64,000 nucleotides of DNA from Hyphomicrobiales bacterium (GTDB lineage: Bacteria > Pseudomonadota > Alphaproteobacteria > Rhizobiales > JACESI01): positions 21,587 through 85,586 of the forward strand of contig JBDXGY010000004.1 in NCBI GenBank assembly GCA_039989895.1, read 5' to 3'. Positions 50,622-62,556 of this stretch are shown piece after piece. The position numbers were made by a program, and so were the translations under genes. The stretch's first letter is position 1. Each line of letters opens with the position of its first letter. The notes beneath the pieces were generated by a model. The model saw nothing but the letters and a program-made list of their open reading frames with translations. It was not told the DNA's origin and did not search any database.

Positions 50622-51319
50622 TAACTCTCTGACTTACCTGACAAAAGTGCTTTCCATAAAATAGCACCAATCGCAGCGCCCGCTAGCGGTGCCGCCCAGA
50701 AAAGCCATAGTTGCTGCAACGCCCAACCATCTGCAAATAAAGCAACAGCGGTTGAACGCGCTGGGTTAACTGATGTATTTGTCACCGGAATAGAAATCAG
50801 ATGAATAAGCGTCAACGCCAGCCCTATGGCGATTGGTGCAAATCCGGCTGGAGCCAGTTTACTGGTAGAACCCAGAATGATTATCAAGAAGAAGGCGGTC
50901 AGCACAACTTCGATAACAAGAGCCGATAGAAGCGAAAAACCGCCCGGTGAATGCGCGCCATACCCATTGGATGCAAAACCTCCAACACCGGAAAAATCAC
51001 CCTTGCCAGAAACAATGATGAAAAGCAGAAAAGCCGCCAGCGCGCCGCCGACTACTTGGGCAATTGTGTAAGGAATAAGGTCTTTCCAATCAAACTTGCC
51101 TGCAACAGCAAGCCCCAATGAGACAGCAGGATTAAAATGCCCGCCAGAGATGCCCCCAACAGCATAAGCCATTGTCAAAACAGTCAGACCAAAGGCCAGC
51201 GATACGCCAGCGAATCCGATACCTAGCTCCGGCACACCAGCTGCTAATACAGCACTGCCGCACCCCCCAAAGACCAACCAAAACGTTCCAAACGATTCCG
51301 CTGCTAATTTATTTATCAT
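50621..51319 (-). CDS. aqpZ: aquaporin Z
   Basis: 232-aa ORF. Two NPA motifs (HFNPAVS, SVNPARS) and a typical AqpZ N-terminus ([19 protein letters not shown]). Confidence 0.95.
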   Translation of the reverse strand: MINKLAAESFGTFWLVFGGCGSAVLAAGVPELGIGFAGVSLAFGLTVLTMAYAVGGISGGHFNPAVSLGLAVAGKFDWKDLIPYTIAQVVGGALAAFLLFIIVSGKGDFSGVGGFASNGYGAHSPGGFSLLSALVIEVVLTAFFLIIILGSTSKLAPAGFAPIAIGLALTLIHLISIPVTNTSVNPARSTAVALFADGWALQQLWLFWAAPLAGAAIGAILWKALLSGKSES

Positions 51320-51554
51320 GGTATTCTCCCCTCATTAACGAACCCACCATTGGGTAGTAATAGGAAATAATAATAGTAAGATTACTAAATAATGCAACTC
51401 AGGATTGTATATGGCTGAAAGCGCACACCATAGAGCAAATTAGAAGACATGCGGCATAAACATCGCCTGCACCAAGGGTGTGTATCCCTTCAAACAGGGC
51501 GGCGTGCCAATCATTGACGGTATCAATGATGTGAGAGGGCGCTGATTGAAGCGA

Positions 51555-53570
51555 TCATTTTGCCGAGATATCAAGGCCCAAAGCATCAACAATCAAAGTT
51601 GGTGCTTGCTGCATCATTAGACCCAGACTAACCACAGGAACAGGTTGCGGCGGCTTTGCTGATAAAGAGATCGTGCCCGGTGCGGCAAGAAAAGTCTGAA
51701 TGGCAGTTTCCGCTTTTTTACTAAACTCTAAATTTTGAAAAATCGCCAAGGGAGCTGTTGCCAAAATTCCATATTGCTTCCTAAGCGCATCAGTTTCGAC
51801 GCCAGCCTGACCGGCGACAAAATCAAGAAACTTATTGATAAAAGACGCATCATCAAACGACACACCAACCTCTTTCAGAAGCAGGGTCGGCAGATGAATC
51901 GCCGCTTTATCTGGGTTTTCTATCAAAGCACGTGACACACCACCAATAATGCCCGACAAGTTGATCTGCCCAAGATCGCCCGCATTTATACTGCTTGGCA
52001 AAACCGTCAAATCACCACTTGCCTCATCCCAATTAGCCTCAATAACACCGTTCAAAACAAGCTTCTCATAACCAAGCGAAATTAAAACCTGAGCTGCTTG
52101 ATTGTTCTCCGGAAGGCTGCTCATCAACACATCCACATTCGACAAATCAATCTTTACTTTGGTCGGAATAAGTTTGATGTAGTCTTTTAGCGTGACCGAT
52201 AAGCCATCGATATTGAAAGACCCAGCATCACTGCGTTTGAAATCAAGCTCTTTAATCGACAACTGCCCAAGGGTTGCCGAAAATGCTGCCAAAGATTGAT
52301 AATCAAGTTTTCTTTTCGAATTCGCGTCAAGAGTATCGAGATAGCCTAGAATAGAGGCGCGTGTGGGGAATTGGATATCAGTTAGAGAAAATGTCTTAAG
52401 CGCCAAATGCCCTGCATCCTCACTTGAAGGAACAACATTCATATCTGTTACCGACAATTCTGCTATACCTTTTTCAAAGGATGCAGTGCCCATGCTTATA
52501 GTACCAATAGCGATATTTTGTTGGCCTGGCGCATTGAAATCAAATTCCTTGATTTCAAATCCGCCATATTCGAACATACTATAAAATGACAAAAATGCCT
52601 TAGTCATCTGTTTTGATCTGTCTAAAGGATTTTCTACTCCCTGCGTATTTGTAATAGGATCAAGCAAAAGCTTAAAAGCATCGAGGGGTGGCTCATCAAA
52701 CTGACGTATTCGAAAGGCGCCTAATTCCATTCGCGCCATATGCGTTACGCTATTACCAAAAGAATAACGCATACCATCTACAAAACCAGCGCCAGAAACC
52801 TGCAACCACACACCATCGCCCTTGCCATCCTTATAAGCATCGGCATCAAGCACATGGTTGAGCGAATTGAAATTATATCCTTTCAACTCTGTGCGGCCTG
52901 TCACCGCTTTGAATGTGGGTTGAGGCGCCCCAGACGTTTCTATCTCCGTTGAATCGACCGCATAAGAAGCCAAAATACCATCGCGCATATTGTCAAAAGA
53001 AAGGGGACCAAATGCATATTTAACAGCGAGTTCCCCAGCCTCTAAATCAATATCCAAGCCCTCGGCTTTGATAGAAGCGAATGTCATATTGGCAAGAAAT
53101 TTATAAAGACCACTGATCAATAATTCTAAAAAACCATTTTTCGTTGTGCTCACCACACCGACAGGATTTGCGAGATTGTCCAGCAACATGTCAAAATTGG
53201 GAAAATCAAAATCAACAGCATTAAATCGATCAATTTTCGATATTGTAGAACCACGAGAGAAATCAATTTTGTCCGCTGTAAAGATATCCCCTTTCAGGCC
53301 GCCACCGCTCGCTTCTTCAAGGTTTTTAAAAGTGACATCGTGAAACGTCAAAGACCATGGCGCCTCTCCTTCTTTACTCATCATCAGCTTGGCAAGAGCA
53401 CCCTCTTCCCCGTTCTCACTCAGCCCATCTAATGAAACGCTTAAGCCACGGCTTTCCATGCTTGCAGCAAAATTGCGCAAAACCTGTTCATTGGCCACAG
53501 CGACTTGAGCAAAACTCAGCACCATCGCGACAATGAAAAAACTGATGACTGATGAGAATAAACGATGCAT
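51555..53570 (-). CDS. large secreted/periplasmic hypothetical protein
   Basis: 671-aa ORF. Signal peptide or anchor MHRLFSSVISFFIVAMVLSFAQVAVA. Acidic and Cys-free by eye, with recurrent h-K-E/N-h-D/E-F strand-like motifs (FKNLEE, IKEFDFN, IKELDFK). No family recognised. Confidence 0.7.
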   Translation of the reverse strand: MHRLFSSVISFFIVAMVLSFAQVAVANEQVLRNFAASMESRGLSVSLDGLSENGEEGALAKLMMSKEGEAPWSLTFHDVTFKNLEEASGGGLKGDIFTADKIDFSRGSTISKIDRFNAVDFDFPNFDMLLDNLANPVGVVSTTKNGFLELLISGLYKFLANMTFASIKAEGLDIDLEAGELAVKYAFGPLSFDNMRDGILASYAVDSTEIETSGAPQPTFKAVTGRTELKGYNFNSLNHVLDADAYKDGKGDGVWLQVSGAGFVDGMRYSFGNSVTHMARMELGAFRIRQFDEPPLDAFKLLLDPITNTQGVENPLDRSKQMTKAFLSFYSMFEYGGFEIKEFDFNAPGQQNIAIGTISMGTASFEKGIAELSVTDMNVVPSSEDAGHLALKTFSLTDIQFPTRASILGYLDTLDANSKRKLDYQSLAAFSATLGQLSIKELDFKRSDAGSFNIDGLSVTLKDYIKLIPTKVKIDLSNVDVLMSSLPENNQAAQVLISLGYEKLVLNGVIEANWDEASGDLTVLPSSINAGDLGQINLSGIIGGVSRALIENPDKAAIHLPTLLLKEVGVSFDDASFINKFLDFVAGQAGVETDALRKQYGILATAPLAIFQNLEFSKKAETAIQTFLAAPGTISLSAKPPQPVPVVSLGLMMQQAPTLIVDALGLDISAK

Positions 53571-53719
53571 CTAAAACACTCCAAAGAGAAAACCAAACAA
53601 GTCTTTGATATATGTATCAAAAGCACATATTAGTGTCGAGGAACAGGCAATCAAAACACTCTATAAAACATCCACTTAAATGTGATAGTGAGAATGTAAT
53701 GAAAGTTTGAGGAACTGAA

Positions 53720-55534
53720 ATGGACGATATTGCATCAAAAATGGCGCTCATAGGTGCACTTGGTATTGCTGCACAATGGATCGCTTGGCGTTTTCATCTT
53801 CCTGCCATAGTGCTTTTGGCAACGGCTGGCATTTTGGCCGGCCCCGTGTTTGGTTTTATCGATCCGCGCGAAGACTTCGGCGATATCCTAAGGCCTGCTA
53901 TTGGTCTTGCTGTTGCAGTGATTTTATATGAAGGCGGCCTGACCCTTAATTTTTCCGAAATCCGTGACACATCAAAAGCTGTACGACGTCTGGTTTTTGT
54001 TGGGGCACCCATCGCTTGGGGCTTGGGCGCATTGGCCGCACATTTCGTGGCAGGACTTGGCTGGCCAGCGGCTCTGATCTTGTCCGGTATTTTTGTAGTC
54101 ACCGGTCCAACAGTCATCATGCCACTCTTGCGCAATGCCCATTTAACAAAACGCCCCGCCGCCCTGTTACGATGGGAAGCCATTATTGCAGATCCCGTTG
54201 GAGCGCTCTTTGCTGTTCTAGCTTTTGAACTCTTCTTGGTATTCGGCACGAGTGATGCGCACCATGATCTATCAACGGTTCTGATCCGCTTTGCCATCGC
54301 CATGCCAGTGGGTGCCATTGGTGGCTGGTATCTTGGCAAGCTTGTCGCCATGACCTTCATTCGCGGTCTGGTTCCAGAATTTTTAAAAGCGCCAGTCATC
54401 TTGATGGTGCTTTTGGCAGCCTATGTTGCCACCAATCATATTTTGGAAGAAGCTGGCCTTTTAACGGTCACGGCCATGGGCGTTGCCATGGGCAATTCGC
54501 GCATTGCGAGCCTATCAGAAATGCGACGCTTCAAGGAGGTCATTACCGTCCTCTTAGTCTCCGCCCTCTTCGTCATTTTGACCGCCACACTTGAGCCTTC
54601 AACACTTGCCGCTCTCGGTTGGCGCGATGCATTTTATATCTTACTGCTCTTGGTCTTAGTGCGGCCAGCGTCTGTGTGGTTGTCAACCATTGGCGCGGAT
54701 TTAACGTGGCAAGAACGCTTGTTAACAAGCTGGATTGCACCGCGCGGTATTGTGGCGGTTGCCGTCACCGGCCTTTTCGGTGCGTCGCTGGTCGATATGG
54801 GTAATCCCGACGGCGAACGCATGGTGGCGCTTGCCTTTGCTGTTGTCTTTGTCACAGTGATATTGCACGGCTTTTCTCTTAAGCCCATCGCAAAAGCACT
54901 CAAGCTCTCATCCGACAGCAACCCTGGCGCCTTGTTAATTGGCGGCAATCCGTTTTCAGTAATGCTCGCGCGAGAACTAATCGAGATTGATGTACCTGTC
55001 ACAATCGCTGACAGCAATTTCAGCCATTTACGTGATGCGCGTTATGCGGGAATTCCTGTCTATTTAGGCGAAATTCTCTCAGAGACGCGTGAATATAAAA
55101 TTGACCTACATGCTTTCAGCCACTTGCTGGCAACCACAGACAATGACGCTTATAATGCGCTTGTATGCACTGAAATGTCACATGAATTTAGTCGTTCCAA
55201 TGTCTTTCAGTTTGCAGCAGAATCTGATGAAAAACATGCAAACCAAACCATGTCATTCACTGTTGGCGGCAGGCGCTTGTTCCTTGAATCCATGAGCATA
55301 GAAACCGCCAAGCATAATATTTTCAAGGGTCACACCATGCAAACCACGCTGCTCAGCGACACCTTTGGTATAGATGATTATTTGGCTGCACGGAACGAAG
55401 AAAACAAGATAGTCTGTGTTATAGATCAAAACAACAAGCTTGAATTTGCCTCACCAAAAGGCATACCAAGTGCTCAGGCTGGTGACCGCATCATCGCTTT
55501 CGGAAAGCCGCAGAAGACATCTCAGGAAAGTTAA
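53720..55534 (+). CDS. cation:proton antiporter (CPA1) with C-terminal RCK/KTN-like domain
   Basis: 604-aa ORF. Polytopic N-terminal ~400 aa (Na_H_Exchanger-like) and a soluble C-terminal ~190 aa (LLIGGNPFSVMLARELIEIDVPVTIAD). Confidence 0.85.
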   Translation: MDDIASKMALIGALGIAAQWIAWRFHLPAIVLLATAGILAGPVFGFIDPREDFGDILRPAIGLAVAVILYEGGLTLNFSEIRDTSKAVRRLVFVGAPIAWGLGALAAHFVAGLGWPAALILSGIFVVTGPTVIMPLLRNAHLTKRPAALLRWEAIIADPVGALFAVLAFELFLVFGTSDAHHDLSTVLIRFAIAMPVGAIGGWYLGKLVAMTFIRGLVPEFLKAPVILMVLLAAYVATNHILEEAGLLTVTAMGVAMGNSRIASLSEMRRFKEVITVLLVSALFVILTATLEPSTLAALGWRDAFYILLLLVLVRPASVWLSTIGADLTWQERLLTSWIAPRGIVAVAVTGLFGASLVDMGNPDGERMVALAFAVVFVTVILHGFSLKPIAKALKLSSDSNPGALLIGGNPFSVMLARELIEIDVPVTIADSNFSHLRDARYAGIPVYLGEILSETREYKIDLHAFSHLLATTDNDAYNALVCTEMSHEFSRSNVFQFAAESDEKHANQTMSFTVGGRRLFLESMSIETAKHNIFKGHTMQTTLLSDTFGIDDYLAARNEENKIVCVIDQNNKLEFASPKGIPSAQAGDRIIAFGKPQKTSQES

Positions 55535-55536
55535 AT

Positions 55537-56400
55537 ATGACAATTATTCTAAGCGGTTTTTTCAGCCGTGAAGCCGCCGAGCAACTGTCTTCAAATGCCG
55601 CCAATTCTGACGCGCTCGGCTATCCCTCTTGCGCAACATTTGAAGAAGAGGACGATGCGTCAAAGTGGCGTGTTGATATTTATTTACAAGAAGAGGCCAC
55701 TCCAGAATTACTGGTGCGTGAACTTGGCGAAAATGCCAAAACCCTCGCCGCCACCCGCCTGCCCGAAAATGTGGACTGGGTGAGTGAAGGGCTGAAAGAT
55801 TTAAAACCTGTATGCGTTGATCGTTTCTTTGTTCATGGCGCCCATGATGCAGACCGCGTTCAAACGTTCCATCACGCCATACAAATTGATGCCAATCAGG
55901 CATTTGGCACCGGTCATCACGGCACCACGGCGGGATGTTTAGAGGCAATCGCGATTGTCACCAAGCGCCACCAATACCGCAATATTCTTGATCTTGGCAC
56001 AGGCTCCGGCGTGCTGGCGGCAGCTCTTGCAAAACAAACCCGCCAACCGATACTTGCCACCGACATCGATCCGACTTCCACGCGCATCGCTCGCAAAAAC
56101 ATGCATATCAACATGGTTGCTGATCTTGTCAGTTGCGAAACCGCAGCAGGCTTTCATCACCCTGTGTTCAAAGAAAAAGGCCCCTTTGGCCTCGTGGTCG
56201 CTAACATTTTGGCTGGCCCTTTGCGGATTCTCGCCCATCCGATGAGTACCCATTTGGCAGACAATGCGACGATCATCCTCTCTGGCCTCCTCATTCGCCA
56301 ACAAGCCGCTGTGTTGTCGGCCTACCGTGAACAAGGTGCTTATTTGGTCAAAGCCATCCACCGCGAAGGGTGGGCCACCTTGATCTTGAACCGTCCATGA
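55537..56400 (+). CDS. prmA: ribosomal protein L11 methyltransferase
   Basis: 287-aa ORF. SAM-binding motif ILDLGTGSGVLAAALAK and PrmA-type FGTGHHGTT. 2-nt gap from the antiporter gene. Confidence 0.85.
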   Translation: MTIILSGFFSREAAEQLSSNAANSDALGYPSCATFEEEDDASKWRVDIYLQEEATPELLVRELGENAKTLAATRLPENVDWVSEGLKDLKPVCVDRFFVHGAHDADRVQTFHHAIQIDANQAFGTGHHGTTAGCLEAIAIVTKRHQYRNILDLGTGSGVLAAALAKQTRQPILATDIDPTSTRIARKNMHINMVADLVSCETAAGFHHPVFKEKGPFGLVVANILAGPLRILAHPMSTHLADNATIILSGLLIRQQAAVLSAYREQGAYLVKAIHREGWATLILNRP

Positions 56401-56406
56401 CACCAA

Positions 56407-56434
56407 GAAAAAACGGAGCCAAAAGGCTCCGTTT
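56407..56434. terminator. bidirectional Rho-independent terminator (prmA / small DUF1127-like ORF)
   Basis: AAACGGAGCC-AAAA-GGCTCCGTTT, a perfect 10-bp stem. In the minus orientation it is followed by TTTCTTGG. Confidence 0.7.
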
Positions 56435-56473
56435 AAATAATCAATAGAGTGTCAAAAAACGTCTCTATAATCT

Positions 56474-56638
56474 CTAGAGACCGTTTCTAGAATTAGCTTT
56501 TTTAACAGCCAAATCTTTGCGATTAAAGCCATTGCGTGCCAAAGTTTCGTCATCCAATGTCAGCAAGTAGCTGTTGACGAAAGCATTTGCTTGGCGCTGA
56601 CGACCGGCAACAAGACTAGAAAGAAATTTATTAGCCAT
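56474..56638 (-). CDS. small DUF1127-like protein (54 aa)
   Basis: Not in the ORF track (<60 aa). Manual translation gives MANKFLSSLVAGRQRQANAFVNSYLLTLDDETLARNGFNRKDLAVKKANSRNGL*. SD AAGGA lies ~10 nt upstream, and the L..LDDETLARNGFNRKDL segment resembles the DUF1127 motif. A terminator follows. Confidence 0.5.
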   Translation of the reverse strand: MANKFLSSLVAGRQRQANAFVNSYLLTLDDETLARNGFNRKDLAVKKANSRNGL

Positions 56639-56821
56639 GATTTTGTTTCCTTTATCGTTTCAGTATCACTTGGGAGGGAGCGATTATCTGTTCATGAGTT
56701 GAATATAAAACTTTATAGAAAACACACCAACGCTAAGATCAGGAAGCTGTATTGCGTGAAATGCATGAGTCATTTTAGCCACTTCCACACACATTTTAAA
56801 AATTGAATGCAAGGGCCCTTC

Positions 56822-58636
56822 ATGTTTCAGGATTTCTCATCTCCCCCAACAGATGCAGGCGACCCAGCACGCATTGAAAAACTACGCAAAGCCATGAAGC
56901 AAGCAGATGTCACCGGCTTTTTGATCCCACGCGCTGACGAACATCAAGGCGAATATGTGCCCGCCCATGCCGAGCGCCTCGCATGGAGCACCGGCTTCAC
57001 CGGATCAGCGGGCATGGCAATTGTTCTTGAAACAAAAGCCGCAATCTTCATTGATGGTCGCTACACGCTGCAAGTACGTGATCAAGTGGCGGTTGATGTT
57101 CTCACCCCGATCAACAGCGCCGATGAGCCACCGGCAAAATGGTTAGAGGCCAATTTAAGCGCAGGCGATAAACTCGCCTATGATCCATGGCTGCACACAA
57201 TCAATGAAGTAAAGAAGCTAGAAAGCGCTGCCGTGAAAGCAGGCGCCGAACTCATAGCCCATGAGAATTTGATTGATAAAATCTGGGACGACCAGCCAAG
57301 CCCACCCAAAGCGCCTGTCATCCTGCAACCGCTCAAATTCACGGGCAAGCCGACGCTTGAGAAAATCAAAGCCGCCCAAGACGCCATCAAAGACATGGCG
57401 GCTGACGCTTTTTTGCTAACACAGCCCGATTCCATTTGCTGGCTTTTAAACATCAGAGGCCGCGATGTGCCGCACACGCCGCTCGCGCTCTGCTTTGCGC
57501 TCATCCATAAAGACCGCCCGCCTGAACTCTTCATTGATGCCGCAAAAATCAGCCAAGACGTGCACGGTGCGCTCGCTCCTCATATCGCTTTAAAATCACC
57601 TGAGGTGCTGCTCCCCTCATTGGCCGCGATCAAAGGAACAATCGCGCTTGATCCTGCTTCAACGAGCCATATTTTCAAAACCGAGATCGAAGCCGCTGAC
57701 AATAAAATCATTGAAAAAGCCGACCCTTGTCTTTTACCAAAAGCGAAAAAGAACGCTGAGGAACTGGAAGGAAGCCAACAAGCCCACCTTCGCGACGGGG
57801 TTGCTGTTACGCGCTTTTTAAGCTGGCTATCGCGCGCACCACTTGAAAACTTGAGCGAGATTTCTGCCGCCCAAAAGCTCGAGAGCCTGCGCCATGAGGC
57901 AGGCAATCAAGACTCAATACCGCTACAAGATATTTCCTTTGATACGATTTCCGGTGTTGGACCGAATGGCGCGATTGTCCATTATCGTGTCACCGAGGCG
58001 ACCGACAAAGCCTTTTCAAAGGACACGCTTTATCTGGTCGATTCCGGTGGTCAATATCAAGATGGCACCACCGACATCACCCGCACCATTGCCATCGGCA
58101 CGCCAAGCGCTGAGATGAAACGCCATTTCACGCTTGTCTTAAAAGGCATGATTGCGATCTCGCGATTGAAATTTCCAATAGGTACAAACGGCGCACAAAT
58201 CGACGCTTTCGCCCGCACGGCGCTTTGGCAAGAAGGGCTTGATTTCGACCACGGCACCGGCCACGGGGTCGGCTCGTTTTTGAGCGTCCATGAAGGACCG
58301 CAGCGCATTTCAAAAATGTCTACCATCCCGCTTGAGCCGGGCATGATCTTATCCAATGAACCCGGTTTTTATAAAGCGGGCGCCTATGGCATTCGCATTG
58401 AAAATCTTATCATCGTGAGAGCGCCCGAGGCGGTTGATGGCGGCGAGCGGAAAATGATGAGCTTCGAAACCCTCACCTTCGCCCCGATTGATCGCGCACT
58501 CATCGACCCATCGCTCCTCACGAGCGATGAACGCGACTGGCTGAACGCCTATCACCGCGAGGTTTTCGATAAACTAAGCCCGCGCTTGGAAGAGGAAGAT
58601 AAGGGATGGTTGGAAGGGGCTACACGGGGGATTTAA
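56822..58636 (+). CDS. aminopeptidase P-family (M24B) metallopeptidase
   Basis: ORF 56807..58636, start moved to ATG 56822 (MFQDFSSPP). Creatinase/prolidase N-domains and metal-binding HGTGHGVGSFLSVHEGP...NEPGFY...GIRIEN. Confidence 0.9.
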   Translation: MFQDFSSPPTDAGDPARIEKLRKAMKQADVTGFLIPRADEHQGEYVPAHAERLAWSTGFTGSAGMAIVLETKAAIFIDGRYTLQVRDQVAVDVLTPINSADEPPAKWLEANLSAGDKLAYDPWLHTINEVKKLESAAVKAGAELIAHENLIDKIWDDQPSPPKAPVILQPLKFTGKPTLEKIKAAQDAIKDMAADAFLLTQPDSICWLLNIRGRDVPHTPLALCFALIHKDRPPELFIDAAKISQDVHGALAPHIALKSPEVLLPSLAAIKGTIALDPASTSHIFKTEIEAADNKIIEKADPCLLPKAKKNAEELEGSQQAHLRDGVAVTRFLSWLSRAPLENLSEISAAQKLESLRHEAGNQDSIPLQDISFDTISGVGPNGAIVHYRVTEATDKAFSKDTLYLVDSGGQYQDGTTDITRTIAIGTPSAEMKRHFTLVLKGMIAISRLKFPIGTNGAQIDAFARTALWQEGLDFDHGTGHGVGSFLSVHEGPQRISKMSTIPLEPGMILSNEPGFYKAGAYGIRIENLIIVRAPEAVDGGERKMMSFETLTFAPIDRALIDPSLLTSDERDWLNAYHREVFDKLSPRLEEEDKGWLEGATRGI

Positions 58637-58641
58637 CCCCC

Positions 58642-60783
<2,142 letters not shown>

Positions 60784-62457
60784 CTAAAGCCTACCACCAG
60801 CCATCAATTGATCTGCGGCAGCGCGCGCTTCATCGGTGATGACTTGACCGGCAAGCATGCGCGCAATCTCCTCGCGGCGCTGCTCCTCATCCAGTAATGT
60901 CAAATCAGTCGACACGCGCTCTTCTCTCTCAACGGCTTTTTTCGATATCAGAAAATGACTGTTAGAACGTGCTGCCACCTGAGGCGCATGGGTGACAGAA
61001 AGAACTTGAACATTTTGCGCAAGCCGCGCCAACCGCGCACCAATCGCTTCTGCGACCGCACCACCAACGCCTGTATCAATCTCGTCAAAAATCAGCGTAG
61101 GTGCTGAGCCTTTGTCGGCCAATGATACTTTAAGCGCCAATAAAAACCGCGACAATTCACCGCCAGAGGCGACCTTCATAATAGGTCCGGGGCGCGTGCC
61201 GGGGTTTGTCTGCACATGGAACTCAATGGTGTCATAACCATGGGATGAGGGCTTATCCGTATCGCTGGTCAGAGCAACGGAAAAACGCGCCGCTTCAAGC
61301 TTCAAAGCCGGTAATTCATGCATCACACAATTGGCCAATGCACCCGCCGCATCACCGCGCCTTGCGCTAAGATTTAAGGCCTGTTTGTTAAAGTCGTCAT
61401 AAGCGGCACGCTCTTCTTGCTCAAGCACCAAAAGCCGTTCTTCTCCGCTTTCAATCGCCTCAAGATCATTCATGAACTGCACCGTCAAATCAGGCAATTG
61501 ATCAACCTGCACTTTATGCTTGCGAGCCGCTGCACGAAGCGCAAAAAGTCGCTCCTCGGTCTCCTCCAACTCTTTAGGGTCAAAGTTGGTTGCGCGGATT
61601 GCCTCTTCCAATGCGACATTGGTCACATCAAGCGCATCAAGCGCCTTACTCAAGCCTTCAATCGCCCCATCAAGCAAGCCGGGGGCTTGTTCTCTTTTGC
61701 GCTCCAATTGTCGCAAAAGGCTGGATAAAGTTGGCACCGGTGAGGCATGGCCTGCGACTGTTTGATGCGCTTCATTAATATCACCAGCAATCTTCTCAAC
61801 ACTCATCATTGTTTGGCGGCGAGTGGCCAAAGTTTTCTCTTCGCCGACTTCCACTTGAAGAATATTCAACTCGTCCAAAACAGCGCGCAAATAATCGCGC
61901 TCGTTCTCGCTTTCTTCAATTTTACTCCGAAGCTCATTCAGCGTCCGCTCCTTCGCGCGCCACGAGCGATAAGCCGTTCCCACCTCATCGGCCTCATGAG
62001 CTAAACCACCAAAGGCATCCACTAAAAGCCGATGGCTGTCTGTGTCCACCAGCGCACGGTCAGCATGTTGGCCGTGTATTTCCACCAGCAGCACACCCAA
62101 TGTGCGCATTAAACCCGCACTCACAGGCTGGTCATTGATGAACCCTTTGGTTCGTCCATCAACCCGCTGCACACGGCGCAAAATAATATCACCATCATCT
62201 TCTATATCGTTCGCCCGCAACAAAGCGCGTGCGGCATGGTTCATCGGCACATCAAAGACCGCCGTCACCGAGCCTTGCTCTTGGTCAGTGCGTACCAATC
62301 CACCATCACCGCGCCCCCCAAGCGCCAGCGACAAACTATCAAGGATGATGGACTTCCCTGCCCCCGTCTCACCCGTCAAAACAGACAAGCCCTCACGCCA
62401 GTCAACATCAAGACGTTCTATCAGGACAATATCGTGGATGAGAAGTGAGCTAAGCAT
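60784..62457 (-). CDS. recN: DNA repair protein RecN
   Basis: 557-aa ORF. Walker A GETGAGKS, long coiled coil, signature SGGELSR, Walker B LIFDEIDTGVGG. Confidence 0.95.
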   Translation of the reverse strand: MLSSLLIHDIVLIERLDVDWREGLSVLTGETGAGKSIILDSLSLALGGRGDGGLVRTDQEQGSVTAVFDVPMNHAARALLRANDIEDDGDIILRRVQRVDGRTKGFINDQPVSAGLMRTLGVLLVEIHGQHADRALVDTDSHRLLVDAFGGLAHEADEVGTAYRSWRAKERTLNELRSKIEESENERDYLRAVLDELNILQVEVGEEKTLATRRQTMMSVEKIAGDINEAHQTVAGHASPVPTLSSLLRQLERKREQAPGLLDGAIEGLSKALDALDVTNVALEEAIRATNFDPKELEETEERLFALRAAARKHKVQVDQLPDLTVQFMNDLEAIESGEERLLVLEQEERAAYDDFNKQALNLSARRGDAAGALANCVMHELPALKLEAARFSVALTSDTDKPSSHGYDTIEFHVQTNPGTRPGPIMKVASGGELSRFLLALKVSLADKGSAPTLIFDEIDTGVGGAVAEAIGARLARLAQNVQVLSVTHAPQVAARSNSHFLISKKAVEREERVSTDLTLLDEEQRREEIARMLAGQVITDEARAAADQLMAGGRL

Positions 62458-62476
62458 AACCAGTATAAAGGAATCG

Positions 62477-62518
62477 AAAAGAAAGGGCCTCGACGATGAT
62501 TATACATCGTCGAGGCCC
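62477..62518 (-). terminator. Rho-independent terminator downstream of bamD
   Basis: Perfect 14-bp stem GGGCCTCGACGATG-(6 nt)-CATCGTCGAGGCCC. On the minus strand it is followed by TTTCTTTTCG. Confidence 0.75.
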
Positions 62519-62556
62519 ATAACTTCTAGTCTATAATTTAAGGTTATGCTCTGAGT

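Noticed and set aside
53794-54399. 201-aa minus-strand ORF
   Set aside because: It is antisense to the CPA1 antiporter membrane domain and is basic and Ala/Pro-rich, a typical shadow of a hydrophobic gene. The same reasoning applies to 13727-14272 (antisense to the DMT gene) and 62042-62536 (antisense to recN).
62458-62556. Search for alphaproteobacterial LexA (SOS) boxes (GTTC-N7-GTTC / GAAC-N7-GAAC) upstream of recN, and of uvrD at 47827-47955
   Set aside because: No such direct repeat is present on either strand. Only a terminator hairpin was seen, whose loop happens to read TATAAT, and I did not consider that meaningful.
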